A stretch of 64,000 nucleotides of DNA from contig CAWGJT010000005.1 in assembly GCA_963822965.1 (NCBI GenBank), positions 1,152,001 through 1,216,000 on the forward strand, in the 5' to 3' direction. This DNA is from an uncultured delta proteobacterium (GTDB taxonomy: Bacteria; Myxococcota_A; UBA9160; UBA4427). Both the position numbers and the translations under genes were made by a program. This document shows positions 9,816 to 20,412 of this stretch, one piece after another (positions within the stretch are counted from its first letter, which is position 1; every line of letters starts with the position of its first letter). The notes below the pieces were generated by a model. The model ran no database searches, was not told the origin of the DNA, and saw only the letters and a program-made list of their open reading frames with translations.

Positions 9816-10042
9816 TCGGGCACCGTCTCGCCCCGCTGCTGCCGCGCGACCCTGCGGCGGTGCCGCCGAGCGGAACTCCGCTGCTGATCCCTGCGCCGTG
9901 CGCGAGAGGCCGCTTCGATGGCACCGAGCGAGTGGCGCCGCGAAGCTGGAGGCGTGGAGGAAGGGCGGGCGGAACGACGGAGAAGCCGTCCCGGTGCCGG
10001 CCTCCGGCGGGGATCAGCGTCTCCGATCGGGCCTCTGAGGGC

Positions 10043-10567
10043 TCACTGGCCCTTCAGGCGCGGCATCCCCATGAAGTCGCGCTTGCCGATGGGCACGCCC
10101 TTCATGCGCAGGATGTCGTAGGCGGTGGTCGCGTGGAAGTAGAAGTTGGGGAACGAGAACGACAGCACGAAGTCCCGCGCGACGAACGGCATGCCGTGGT
10201 CGCCGAGCTTGAACTGGACGTCCTTCTCCTCCAGCGCGTCGATCGTCTTGCGGTCGTACGCCTGTAGGTCCGAGCGCGCGTCGGCGACCAGCTTCTCGAG
10301 GGCGGCGTAGTTCAGGTCGGGCGTCGCTCCCGGGGGCCCGAACACGCCGGCTTCGATGCCCCGGATGGCGCCGAGCGAGTGGTGCGCGACGGAGACGAGC
10401 TGGAAGCGGAAGGGAAACATGTCGTTGTAGAGGCGCGTCTCGACGACCGCGTCGAGATCGATGCCGCTCTTCTCGCAGTGCTCGCGTCCCTTCGCGAGGA
10501 AGCCGGACACGGCGCCCAGGATCTGGAGGTAGGACGCGACGCTGACATCGTAGAACGAGATGGCCAT
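10043..10567 (-). CDS. DUF1993 family protein
   Basis: RLYNDMFPFRFQ and FPNFYFHATTAYDILRMKGVPIGKRDFMG motifs. AAGGAG RBS. Confidence 0.9.
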   Translation of the reverse strand: MAISFYDVSVASYLQILGAVSGFLAKGREHCEKSGIDLDAVVETRLYNDMFPFRFQLVSVAHHSLGAIRGIEAGVFGPPGATPDLNYAALEKLVADARSDLQAYDRKTIDALEEKDVQFKLGDHGMPFVARDFVLSFSFPNFYFHATTAYDILRMKGVPIGKRDFMGMPRLKGQ

Positions 10568-10701
10568 GGGGGTCTCCTTGGGTGTGTGGGGGGTTCCGGG
10601 CGCCCGGCGGGAGACTACCAGAGGTTGGCGGGTCTCCTGCCGCCGATCTCGAGCTCGCCCGTCCGCCACCAGGGCCTCCTGGCCGCCGTCGGCGCAGAAG
10701 C

Positions 10702-10806
10702 CGTTCCGACATCGAGCTGGTCGCTCCGGACGCGCTCTCCTACGCAGAGACGTTCATCATCCGCGGCCTGAACGACCTGCCGCTGCGCTTCCGAGTCCGC
10801 GGGTAG
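10702..10806 (+). pseudogene. Orphan 3' end of a cytochrome P450 gene
   Basis: DIELVAPDALSYAETFIIRGLNDLPLRF* resembles the bacterial P450 terminal strand (..RG...LP..F). No upstream P450 body is present. Confidence 0.5.
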
Positions 10807-11106
10807 CCCGGGCTCGAGGCGCGCTCCTCGCATGGCTTGGCTGGGCGGCGTCGGAAAGGGGACAGGCGCCCCAGCCCTCCGATCGGCGGATCCGCCGGGG
10901 GGCGAAGGGCACGCGCGACCCGCCCCATCCCGGCTTCGATCCGAAGCCCCGGGCCACGGGGTGTCCGCCGCCCGGGCTTGCAGCGTGATGCGCGTCACGC
11001 TGGGGGCGTGCATCACCAGTCGGTGGCGTCCAAGCTCGGGTCGATGGGCGATTGCGAGTCAACAGCGGGGCTGCGCAGGCCGATACGCGATCGACGGAGG
11101 TGCGGG

Positions 11107-12552
11107 TTGGCTGGAACCATCGTCTACGTCGACATGGCGCCCGACCTGCCCGAGGGCCTGGGCCTGGCGCTCGGACGGCTCGGGTTCCGACTGCAGTTCA
11201 CGCCCGATCTCGACGAGGCGTTCACCCGGGTCCGCGATGGCGCCGCACGTCTGGTGATCGTCGAGGTCCTGCTCGACGACGGCCACGGTTGGCACCTCAT
11301 CCCGCGCATCCGGGGGCTGGAGGGAGCACCGGGCCGGGTTCCGATCGTGATCCTGACGCGCGCCGAGCGGACCGCCAGGCTGCACGCGCGGGCCGTCGAG
11401 CTGGGTGCCGACGACCTTCGGGCCCGGCCCGTCACGCGCGCGCAGATGCTCCGCACGATCCTCGGGTGCGTGGGAGCCGATGCCGCGGGAGAGCCTGCGG
11501 ATCGCGTGCTCGCCGACCCGACCCGCGGTGTGGCGCGCGAGGCGAGCGGAAGCCTGGAAGAGCTTCCCGTCCCCGAGCTCCTGATGCGCCTGCGGAGCGA
11601 TGGGGCGACGGGCCTTCTCTTCCTGCAGGACTTCGAGGAGCTGACCGTGCAGCTGCGCGGTGGCGCGCTCGTCGCGGTGGCCTCGAGCCGGGGCGACGAG
11701 ACCTTCGCGGACTTCTTGATGCGCACCAAGCGCATCTCAGACGAGGAGCACGAGGCGCTGCTCGAGCGCGCACACGCCGCCGGCGAGAGCGAGCCCGCCG
11801 CAGCCGTGTCGATCCGGGCGATGTCCCGCCGCGAGGTGCAGGCGGCGCTGGCCGACCGCGCTGCCGAGCCGCTGCTCGAGGCGTTCATGTGGACCGCGGG
11901 CAGCTGGCGCTTCGAGCCCGGCCGGCGACTCGACTCGGGCCGGGCGATCGAGCGCGGCGTGGCGCGGATGCTGGTGCAGGGCGTGCTCCAGTGGACACCG
12001 TCGCGCGCGGTTCGTGCCATGCTCGATCGCCGCGGCGCCCTGTACCTGTCCCGGGTCGATCGCCCGGTCTACGAGCTCGCGGAGCTCTCGCCGCTGCCCT
12101 GCGAGCCCGATCTGCTGGATCGCTGGGTGGGCGACGACACCGTCGCAGAGGTACTCGAGTCCGGCGTGGTCGGCGAGCGAGAGCTGTATGCGCTGCTGGT
12201 CACCGGGGTGGTGGAAACCCACGAGCGGTCCCCGCTCGAGCTCCAGCAGGTCGTCGAGCCCGACGCGCTCGACGACGACGAGTCGTCCTCGTTGCTGGAG
12301 ATCGACGATCTGTGCGAGCCGGTGACGCCTCGCGAGCGCGTCGCTCCCGCACCACGGCGCGCCGCCGCCGCGCCGCGCCGAATACCCGTCCGGCCCGCGC
12401 GTCCGCGCCCCCCGGCGCCGCGCGCGGCTGGCCCGCCGGCTGCCCCACGCCCGCAGCCCCCGCGCCCGCAGCCCCGCGACCGACCCGGGCGCCAGACCCC
12501 GTCTGGTCTGCTGGCCAGGCTGCGCAGCTGGTGGGTCCGCTGGCGGAGCTGA
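11107..12552 (+). CDS. Atypical receiver domain, DUF4388 (PATAN-like) domain and Pro-rich tail
   Basis: TTG start after GGAGG. REC-like LVIVEVLL...VPIVILT...ELGADD, then SGSLEELPVPELL...GATGLL...FMWTAGSWRFEP. Confidence 0.75.
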   Translation: MAGTIVYVDMAPDLPEGLGLALGRLGFRLQFTPDLDEAFTRVRDGAARLVIVEVLLDDGHGWHLIPRIRGLEGAPGRVPIVILTRAERTARLHARAVELGADDLRARPVTRAQMLRTILGCVGADAAGEPADRVLADPTRGVAREASGSLEELPVPELLMRLRSDGATGLLFLQDFEELTVQLRGGALVAVASSRGDETFADFLMRTKRISDEEHEALLERAHAAGESEPAAAVSIRAMSRREVQAALADRAAEPLLEAFMWTAGSWRFEPGRRLDSGRAIERGVARMLVQGVLQWTPSRAVRAMLDRRGALYLSRVDRPVYELAELSPLPCEPDLLDRWVGDDTVAEVLESGVVGERELYALLVTGVVETHERSPLELQQVVEPDALDDDESSSLLEIDDLCEPVTPRERVAPAPRRAAAAPRRIPVRPARPRPPAPRAAGPPAAPRPQPPRPQPRDRPGRQTPSGLLARLRSWWVRWRS

Positions 12553-12598
12553 GCGACTCCTCCGAATTTCCGAGCGGCACCCCGATCCGCATGACGGA

Positions 12599-12829
12599 TC
12601 AGGGCTCGCCGGCTCGGTCTGCGGCGACGGCGTCGGGGAACAGGCGTTCCAGGTGCTCCGCGATTCCGAGCAGCCTCGTCCGGAGCCGACGCTGGGAGCC
12701 GGCGGTCGAGAGCGAGGCGTCGGGAAGGGAGCCCACGCCTGCCGGCGCGCCGGCGGAGCCCCGAAGCACGAGGCGCTCGTCGAGTCCCAGATGAGCCGCC
12801 AGCCTGCGGGCGTACTCGAAGTGGGTCAC
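12599..12829 (-). CDS. Small hypothetical protein
   Basis: GTG start with GGAGG 9 nt upstream; amphipathic helical 76-aa product. Confidence 0.4.
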   Translation of the reverse strand: MTHFEYARRLAAHLGLDERLVLRGSAGAPAGVGSLPDASLSTAGSQRRLRTRLLGIAEHLERLFPDAVAADRAGEP

Positions 12830-13017
12830 CAGGCAACGCCTCCGAGCAGTGCAATGCGAGGGAAGCAACCCTCACTTCCCGGTTCAACCCCCCACTCGCG
12901 CTGGCGGGTCCACGAGTCGCGCTGGCGATGCCGACCGAAGTCCTCCTTTTTCTGTTGACACAACCAGGCGTATCTGCAAAAGATCGAGAAACCGACCCAC
13001 CCTAGGAACACATCGAG

Positions 13018-14205
13018 ATGTTCATGCCCAGCTCAGCCTACCGCGCGGCACGCGCCGCCTTCGCAGCCCTCGCGCCGTTCACCGCGCTCGCCGTCGCGAC
13101 CGTTCCCGCTATCTCCCTCGCCGCCTCCAGCGTCAAGATCGAGGACGACTTCGATACGGCTCCGGAGACCTGGTCGGCGCATCTCGTAACCTCGACCACG
13201 GCGCACATTCCGGCGCCTACGGATCCCCAGCGAGATGGATCCGCCCAGCTGTTGCCCTCGATCACGGGCTCGGGAGGCGGTGGCTTCTCGGGCGACTTCT
13301 TGTTCGCCAAGGCCCAGTGCGCCCCTTCGGAGACATGCACCGCGACAGGCTGCGGAAGCCAGTGCCTGAATCCGTTCTGGGGGACCGTCCACTGGGGCCT
13401 GGTGCATCCAGCGAGCTACGACGCGAGCCTGGACGGCACCGTGGCCTCGATCGACGTCACCCTCTACGCCAAGACCTGGCCCGAGCAGTACACCGAATCA
13501 CACCGGATCGACCAGGCGATCGGGGTATTGATCCGGCAGAGCGACGGAAGCGGCGGCTACCGCTTCTTCCGCAGCATGCAGGCCACCTTCGTGTCGTGGG
13601 ACGCATCCGATCCCTCCACCGGCAGTTGGCAGCCGGTGTCCATCTCGGTCGAGCCGACGGACCTGTTCTACGAGTGGAATCCGGCCGGGTCGCCCGCCGC
13701 CCAGGTGCTCATCGACTTCAGCGAGCCCTTCGAGATCGGCGTCTCCATCGGGCGGACGGCCACCCACGGCCAGCACCTGACCTGCGGCCTCCAGGACATG
13801 CACAGCTGGGTGATGACCAGCAACGTCGGGATCGACGAGTTCAGCGCCGTCATCCACGCGGTCGACAGCGACGGCGACACCGTGCCGGACAACCTCGACA
13901 ACTGCACGCTGGTCCCCAACGGGCCGAACGAGGCACCCAACGACCAATACGACGCCGCGGGAGACGGCTACGGGAACGCCTGTGACTGTGACCTCCTGCC
14001 CAACGGAGCCGCCTGCGGCTACTACGACACCATCGGTTTCGCGTGGTGCCAGATCAACCAGGTCTTCCCCGGCTGCGAGCCTGCAGACATGAACGCGAAC
14101 GGCGTGATGGACAGCGGGGACGCGGATCTCTTCGCCGCCTCGAAGTCGAACGGCGAACCTGGCCCGTCGGGCCTCGCCTGCGCCGGCACGGTCCCCTGCC
14201 CGTAG
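13018..14205 (+). CDS. Secreted protein with thrombospondin type 3 and dockerin-like Ca-binding C-terminus
   Basis: Signal peptide; DSDGDTVPDNLDNC...DGYGNACDCD...ADMNANGVMDSGD; ends PGPSGLACAGTVPCP. Confidence 0.75.
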   Translation: MFMPSSAYRAARAAFAALAPFTALAVATVPAISLAASSVKIEDDFDTAPETWSAHLVTSTTAHIPAPTDPQRDGSAQLLPSITGSGGGGFSGDFLFAKAQCAPSETCTATGCGSQCLNPFWGTVHWGLVHPASYDASLDGTVASIDVTLYAKTWPEQYTESHRIDQAIGVLIRQSDGSGGYRFFRSMQATFVSWDASDPSTGSWQPVSISVEPTDLFYEWNPAGSPAAQVLIDFSEPFEIGVSIGRTATHGQHLTCGLQDMHSWVMTSNVGIDEFSAVIHAVDSDGDTVPDNLDNCTLVPNGPNEAPNDQYDAAGDGYGNACDCDLLPNGAACGYYDTIGFAWCQINQVFPGCEPADMNANGVMDSGDADLFAASKSNGEPGPSGLACAGTVPCP

Positions 14206-14299
14206 CGCCGACCCGGCCGTCGCGTCCCGGGTCGGCGGCCGGAGCTCCTCCGCGCATCGCAACGCCTATGGGGTCCGTTCTCCTCGTCACCCCGCAGCC

Positions 14300-14934
14300 A
14301 CGCGACTGCGGGCACGGTCCCCATCGACGTCTCGCGGCTTCGTAGCTGCGTGATCGCCGAGAGGCCCCGGGCCATGGTGCCGATCAGGAAGACGTGCATG
14401 ATCAGGCTACCGATCATGGAGTGGCCGCCCGGGCCGGCCAGCAGGGACAGCCACCCGATCGAGAGACTGAAGAAGCCGAGCGCGGCCTTCGAGCGCCGTC
14501 CCACGAAGAAGGCGAGCATCGCGAACACCAGGCCCGTGACGAGCGTTCCCACGTCGAGAGGAAGCCGCCCAGCGCAACGTCCCCCTGCCGGACCCCGACG
14601 AGGCCGAGCAGGATGTTCAGACCCGCGACGAACCACACCGCGATGGTCGCGGCCCCGAGGCCCTCTCCCGGATGCGAGCCCGAGCCGGGCAGCGGCGCCC
14701 CCTCGCGCAGGAGCCGAAGCTCGTGGCCGAGGAGTCCGCTTGCGCGCTGTACGTGCGGGCTCGCACCATCGGGCAGAACCAGGTCGACTCCCTCCCGAAG
14801 CGACTTTGCATCGGGGATGGTCCCGATCGGTTGCCCGTCGAGTCGGATCTCGGTGTTCTTCCAGAACGCTCGCGTCGTGACCTCGAGACGAGGCGGCTCT
14901 CCCTCGGAGAGGACGTATCGAGGGTTCGGGCCAT
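14300..14934 (-). pseudogene. Hypothetical membrane protein with two frameshifts and no clear stop
   Basis: Three frames join as MART/ RYVLSEGEPPRLEVT...LPGSGSHP...WFVAGLNILLG / LDVGTLVTGLVFAMLAFF. Shifts near 14920 and 14555; 3' limit approximate. Confidence 0.55.
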
Positions 14935-15267
14935 GGGCTCGTCCTCCGGCCGCGCGAGCGGCCTTCGCTTGCGGCCGCCATTCGACACGACCTGGTGACG
15001 CCCTGAGCCCACCGGCAGCGCCGAGGCAGAGGGGGTGCACCACTGCCGCCGTGTGCGGAACGGGGCCGCGTCCGGCGGAGCGCGGCGAGGTTGTTCGAAT
15101 CCCGCGGGCCCCGGTCCCGGCGACGGGACGCCCGACGCGGCCCGAGACCGCACGCGCCTCCCGAGCCGCTCCTACGCCCCCCAAGGGAAACGAGCGCGCC
15201 GTTGATCTGGGAGCGGCTCTCGTGAGACAGTGCTCCTTTCTCTCGATCAGCTCCTGGAGGAACTAGC

Positions 15268-16425
15268 ATGCAGTCACGTAGAACGATGCGTCCGTGGGTT
15301 GCGGGGATTCTGCTGGCCGCGGTCGCGCTGTTGGGAAACCGCTGTCCGGGCCTCCTGCCCGGCGCATTCGTGCAGCTCCACAACGCAGGTGCCAGCAAAT
15401 ACCTCGGCGACTTCACGCCAGCCTCGTCCAGCGACGTCGGCGACGGCTGGACCCGGCACGACTTCGATCCCGACGGAGGCGACGGGCCGCTCTGCATCGA
15501 CGGCTCACCCTACGCGGTGTTCAGCCGCGCGGGCGATCCGTCGAAGCTGTTGATCTTCGAGCAGGGGGGCGGCGCCTGCTGGCAGGACTTCTACAACTGC
15601 AACGTCGACCTCGGAGACAACTTCCTGCCGCCGTTCCCGCAGGTCGACCAGGCGGGCCTCTGGAACCGCAGCAATCCCGACAACCCCTTCGCAGACTACT
15701 CGGTGGTCTACCTGCCCTACTGCGACGGCTCGGTCTTCTCGGGCGACAACGACGTGGACGACCCGAGCTTCCCCGACGGCCCGGTCCGCTTCCACCGGGG
15801 TCTGCGCAACCAGTCCGCCGGCATCGACCTCGCGAAGAGCCTGTTCCCCGGTGCCACCCAGGTCACGCTGGCCGGCTCGAGCGCCGGTGGAGTCGGCGTC
15901 GCGGGCTTCGCCCCCTTCCTCGCTCGCTTCACGTTCGGGAACTGGGTGGACCTGACGGTCTTCAACGACGCTGGACCGGTTGCCGTGAACCTCGTCCCGA
16001 GCCAGGAGGCAGCCATCGAGGCGCGGGCCACCGACTGGCAGTTCGGCCAGTTCTATGCGGCCAGCTGCCACCAGTGCGACGATCTCGGTCAGGCCACCGG
16101 CGTGATCGACTGGCGGCTCAAGAAGGACTCGACGATCCGCGAGGCGATCTACGATACGGACGGGGACCTCACGAACCGCTTCTTCCTCGGCCTGCTCGGC
16201 GATCAGCAGGCCTGGCGGGACCTGATCGTGACCGAGCACGGGTACCTGAACGAGGACTACCCGGACCGCTACAAGCGCTTCATCGTGGCCGGCGACACCT
16301 CGCATACCGGTCTCCAGTCGATCCTCTTCTACACGCAGGACGCCGACGGCGTTCTCCTGAACGACTGGGCCGCGGACTTCCTGGACGACGCGGCCGGCTG
16401 GGTCGACATCGTCGAGGAGCCGTGA
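15268..16425 (+). CDS. Secreted pectinacetylesterase-family hydrolase
   Basis: QGGGACW, YLPYCDGSVFSGD and GSSAGG nucleophile motif; signal peptide; GGAGG RBS. Confidence 0.85.
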   Translation: MQSRRTMRPWVAGILLAAVALLGNRCPGLLPGAFVQLHNAGASKYLGDFTPASSSDVGDGWTRHDFDPDGGDGPLCIDGSPYAVFSRAGDPSKLLIFEQGGGACWQDFYNCNVDLGDNFLPPFPQVDQAGLWNRSNPDNPFADYSVVYLPYCDGSVFSGDNDVDDPSFPDGPVRFHRGLRNQSAGIDLAKSLFPGATQVTLAGSSAGGVGVAGFAPFLARFTFGNWVDLTVFNDAGPVAVNLVPSQEAAIEARATDWQFGQFYAASCHQCDDLGQATGVIDWRLKKDSTIREAIYDTDGDLTNRFFLGLLGDQQAWRDLIVTEHGYLNEDYPDRYKRFIVAGDTSHTGLQSILFYTQDADGVLLNDWAADFLDDAAGWVDIVEEP

Positions 16426-16517
16426 TCGACATCGTCGAGGAGCCGTGATCGACATCGTCGAGGAGCCGTGATCGACATCGTCGAGGAGCCGTGATCGACA
16501 TCGTCGAGGAGCCGTGA
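16403..16517 (+). repeat. Perfect tandem repeat, 5 x 23 bp
   Basis: Unit tcgacatcgtcgaggagccgtga at 16403, 16426, 16449, 16472 and 16495. The first unit is the end of the hydrolase gene. Confidence 0.95.
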
Positions 16518-16627
16518 CCTCCACCTGCCGGCCCCGAACCTCCGGGGCCGGCAGGCATCGCCGTCCGTCGAGGTGAGCCTGCGCGCGTCGTCGTCGTCGA
16601 GGCTCCTGCTCGTGGGGTCGGGAAGGT

Positions 16628-18010
16628 TCAGTGCCCCGAGAAGGCGTCGAAGATCGCGCTGCGCAGGCGCGACGGGCGGCCGGCGCGGTCGGCCCGATCG
16701 GCCGCACCGGCGATGCGCATGACGGTCGTCACGCCCAGCCAGCGCAGGGGCTCGGGCTCCCAGGCGGGCGGGCGATGCTGCACCCAGGGATGGCTCGTGC
16801 GCTCGGTCTCCCGCTCCAGCACGAGATCGACGAGGGTGCGTGCGGCGAGATTCGAGGCCGCGACGCCGCTGCCGATATAGCCTCCCGCCGTCCCGAGCCG
16901 GGTGCTGCTGTCGAAGCGGACGAAGGGCTTCCAGTCCCGCGAGACGCCGAAGGCCCCACCCCAGCGACACGCGATCGCGACAGTCGCGCAGCTGCGGGAA
17001 GTACTCGTAGAGGGCGGCCTCGACGTGGGCGTAGACGGGGCCCGACTGCGGGAAGTAGTCGCAGATCGTGGAGCCGTAGAAGTAGCGGCCGCCGGCACCG
17101 AAGGCGAGTCGGTCGTCGGCCGTGCGCTGGGCGTAGCTGAGCAGACGCCGGGCGTCGCCGAAGAGGACGCGGTCGTGGGCGCCGATCTCCTGCCAGAGCG
17201 CGGCGGAGAGCGGCTCGGTGACGACCATCAGCGTGTGCATGGGAAGCAGGGTTCGCGCTTCGCCGCGCAGCGAACGGGAGTAGCCCTCCGTGCAGCGGAG
17301 GACGACGCGAGCCGAGAGACGCCCGCCCTCGGTGAGCACGCGGCCCGGACGGAGCTCGATGGCAGGCGACCGCTCGTAGAGCGTGACGCCGAGCCGCTCG
17401 ATCGTCCGGGCCAGGCCACGGGCGAGCTTCGCGGGTTGGATGGCCGCGCAGTGCGGCGAGTAGACGCCTCCGCGCGCGCCCACCATGCGGACCCGCTCGT
17501 CGCACTCGTGGGCTTCGAGCCAGCGAAAGTCGGCATCGGTGAAGCCCGGCCGTTGCAGCTCGGCGACGAGCGCCCGGCCACGCGCGTACTCGGCGTCGTT
17601 GGTCGTCACGTTCAGATAGCCACTCTTCGCGTAGTCGCAGTCGATGCCGTCGGCGCTTGGCGGCCCGTCCGACCTCGTCGACGGTGTCGAACATGGCGCG
17701 CTGCAGGGCGACCGCCTGTGCCTGCATCGGTCCGGCCGCCCACGCGGCGACGCCCTCGAGATGCGCGTTGCACCAGCCGCCGTTGCGCCCCGAAGCACCG
17801 AAGCCCGCGACCTGGCTCTCCACGACGGCGATGGTCAGCTCGGGGGCCTGCTGGGCCAGATAGTAGGCGGTCCATAAGCCCCGTGAAGCCGGCACCGACG
17901 ATGGCGACATCGACCTGCTCGTCGCCGGCGAGGGCCGGACGCGGGACGAGAGGCTCGTCGAGACTGGCCAGCCAGAAGCTCGGGGCGTCGATCGCATCTC
18001 CATTCTGCAT
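16628..18010 (-). CDS. FAD-dependent oxidoreductase (DAO/PuuB-like), broken by three +1 frameshifts
   Basis: VAIVGAGFTG / LWTAYYL...GFGASGRNGGWC / ...AAIQPAKLARGL / WGGAFG...WEPEPLRWLG. Extra bases near 17880, 17655 and 16980. Confidence 0.8.
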
Positions 18011-18419
18011 GCCGGGACCGTATCAGAGTGGCCGCATTCTGTGTCCGCCCGGAATCCAAGTAGGACCGCGGTCCGGTCGTCGAGCTTCGACGAGAAACGC
18101 ATTTCCCGTGCCTGCATCGCCGATCGACGTCGAGCACGTCGCGCTCACGCGAACCCAGCTCGCCGAAGCGCGGCGGCATCTCGGCCTCGAGGACGGTAGT
18201 CGGGTGGCCCCCGGTCGCCCCCGAGCCCGGTGGGCCTCGCGGGATCGCCCGGACGTCCTCGGGGCCGCGCCCCGAGAGGACGCCCGCAAGGCCCCGCTCG
18301 CGCATCGAGGCTCGCGCGTCGCAGACGGGTGTTGTCGAGATCGACGCTCTCCAGCAGACTTCACACGCTCCTTCCTTCCTTCTCCGGACCGCCACGTTCG
18401 TCCGGCCCCTGGAGGTGCC

Positions 18420-20267
18420 ATGTCGACCTCGCCCGTCCGCCTTCTCGGCATCCTGCTCCTCGGGATCGGTGCGCTTCTCATCGTCGGCTGCGGACGCAGC
18501 GGCGAGCCCGAGGTCGCGGCTCGCGCACCCGACCCGGCCTCCCTGCGAAGCCTCGCCAACGGGCGGGTGGTCGGCTTCGAGAACCCGAATGGCGGTCACG
18601 CCTGGCTCGGGATCCCCTTCGCGAAGCCTCCGGTCGGCAGCCTGCGCTGGCGCGCCCCCGACCCGCCCGAGCCCTGGACGGACACGCGGGAGGCGCTCGC
18701 GATCGGCTCCCCGTGTCCGCAGCTGGCGAATCCTCTCGGCGGCCCCGAAGCGGCGCGGAAAGAGGGAGTGATCGGCAACGAGGACTGCCTGTACCTGAAC
18801 GTCTTCGCACCCCGCTTCGCACCCGGGGAGGTGCCCACGGGAGATGCCCGCCTGCCGGTGCTGTTCTGGATCCACGGCGGGGGCAACTCCGTCGGTCACG
18901 GCGGCGGCTACGACGGCGGCCGCCTGGCGGTCGAGCAGAACGTGGTGGTGGTCACCACCAACTACCGGCTGGGCGCCCTCGGCTGGTTCCGCCACCCGGC
19001 GCTGGCCGAGACGGCGCGCGACGCGCGGGATGCGTCGGGGAACTTCGGCATTCTCGACCTGATCCGCGGCCTCGAGTGGGTGCGCGACGACATCGCGGGG
19101 TTCGGCGGTGATCCGGAGAACGTCACGATCTACGGCGAGTCCGCGGGCGGCCACGACGTGTTCAGCCTGCTCGTGGCCCCGGACGCCGGAGGCCTCTTCC
19201 ACCGCGCCATCTCCCAGAGCGGCGGCACCTGGACCGAGACGGCCCGGCGGGCAGAGGCGTACGCGGCGGACGGCGGGGCGCCGCACTCCTCGCGCGAAAT
19301 CGTGGTGCGGCTGCTGGCGCAGGGGGGCGCCGAGGACGCGCGCGCCCGCGCGGACGCACTCTCGGCCGAGCAGACCCGCGCGCTGCTGCTGGACGCGAGC
19401 GCAGAGCAGCTGATCGAGGCCCACGTGGAGGGAGACGAAGGCGCCTTCGGCATGTACGACTCCCCCCGCGTGTTCCGCGAGGGCGTGGTGCTACCGGCGG
19501 ACGGGATCCCGGAGGCGATCGCCGCCGGGCGCTTCCACCGGGTTCCGGTGATTCTCGGAACGAACCGCGACGAGAGCAAGCTCTTCATGTCCTTCGACCC
19601 GGACCGGGTGTGGCGTCTCTTCTGGATGTTCCCGATGCTGCGTGACGCCGACCGCTACGATCGCGACGCCGAGTACTCCAGCAACCTGTGGAAGGTGAGC
19701 GGCGTCGACGAGCCCGCAGCGGCGATGGTCGCCGCAGGCCACACCGACGTCTTCGCCTATCGCTTCGACTGGGACGAGCAGGGCCAGGTGCTGGTGACCG
19801 ACCTCTCGCGCCTGCTGGGAGCGGCCCACGGCCTCGAGATCCCGTTCGTTTTCGACAGCTTCGACTCGCCCTTGATGGCCCGCCTCTCGGGCGGCCGCAC
19901 AGACCCCGCGCGAGACGCGCTGGCCCGTTCGATGCGCGACTACTGGGCCGAGTTCGCGCGCACGGGATCGCCCGGGACGGGCGGCGGCGAGCACCCCCGC
20001 TGGGTCGCCTGGTCGCCGGCAGCCCGCGGCCCGAAGGTGATGGTGCTCGACTCCGCGAACGACGGCGGACAACGGATGACGGACGCGGTGCTCACCCACG
20101 AAGGCGTGCTGGACGCGCTGATGGCCGACGAGCGCTTCGCGGACGACGCCGAACGCTGCGCGTACATGCAGACCCTGCTGGGCTTCTCGGACCTGACGCC
20201 GGAGGAGTACAGGGAGCGGGGCTGCGGCGAGCCGCCGAGCGAGGTCGTCCTGGGAGACGCCAGCTGA
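18420..20267 (+). CDS. Type-B carboxylesterase, probable lipoprotein
   Basis: WLGIPFAKPPVGSLRW, EDCLYLNVF, WIHGGG, GESAGG and AAHGLEIPFVF motifs; lipobox LIVGC; GGAGG RBS at ATG 18420. Confidence 0.92.
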   Translation: MSTSPVRLLGILLLGIGALLIVGCGRSGEPEVAARAPDPASLRSLANGRVVGFENPNGGHAWLGIPFAKPPVGSLRWRAPDPPEPWTDTREALAIGSPCPQLANPLGGPEAARKEGVIGNEDCLYLNVFAPRFAPGEVPTGDARLPVLFWIHGGGNSVGHGGGYDGGRLAVEQNVVVVTTNYRLGALGWFRHPALAETARDARDASGNFGILDLIRGLEWVRDDIAGFGGDPENVTIYGESAGGHDVFSLLVAPDAGGLFHRAISQSGGTWTETARRAEAYAADGGAPHSSREIVVRLLAQGGAEDARARADALSAEQTRALLLDASAEQLIEAHVEGDEGAFGMYDSPRVFREGVVLPADGIPEAIAAGRFHRVPVILGTNRDESKLFMSFDPDRVWRLFWMFPMLRDADRYDRDAEYSSNLWKVSGVDEPAAAMVAAGHTDVFAYRFDWDEQGQVLVTDLSRLLGAAHGLEIPFVFDSFDSPLMARLSGGRTDPARDALARSMRDYWAEFARTGSPGTGGGEHPRWVAWSPAARGPKVMVLDSANDGGQRMTDAVLTHEGVLDALMADERFADDAERCAYMQTLLGFSDLTPEEYRERGCGEPPSEVVLGDAS

Positions 20268-20412
20268 GCTCCCGTGCTGGTCCTGGTGCTGGGAGCGGGA
20301 ACGCTGATCGCCGCCGCTCGCCTCCCCCGGCTATGATGATGGACGTCCGGTCCATCGTGAGGTCGCGCACGCATGCGCGACCCTCAAGGCTGGCGGGTTC
20401 GAGGGAGACGAC

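Noticed and set aside
12955..12985. Sigma-70 promoter with a perfect TTGACA
   Set aside because: No convincing -10 hexamer at 16-18 bp spacing.
16403..16517. CRISPR array
   Set aside because: The 23-bp units are contiguous with no spacers, derive from the coding end of the adjacent gene, and no cas genes are present.
16902..18419. N-terminal 506 aa of the 1121-aa ORF
   Set aside because: It is mostly the antisense of the FAD oxidoreductase; the esterase starts at ATG 18420 with an RBS and signal peptide.
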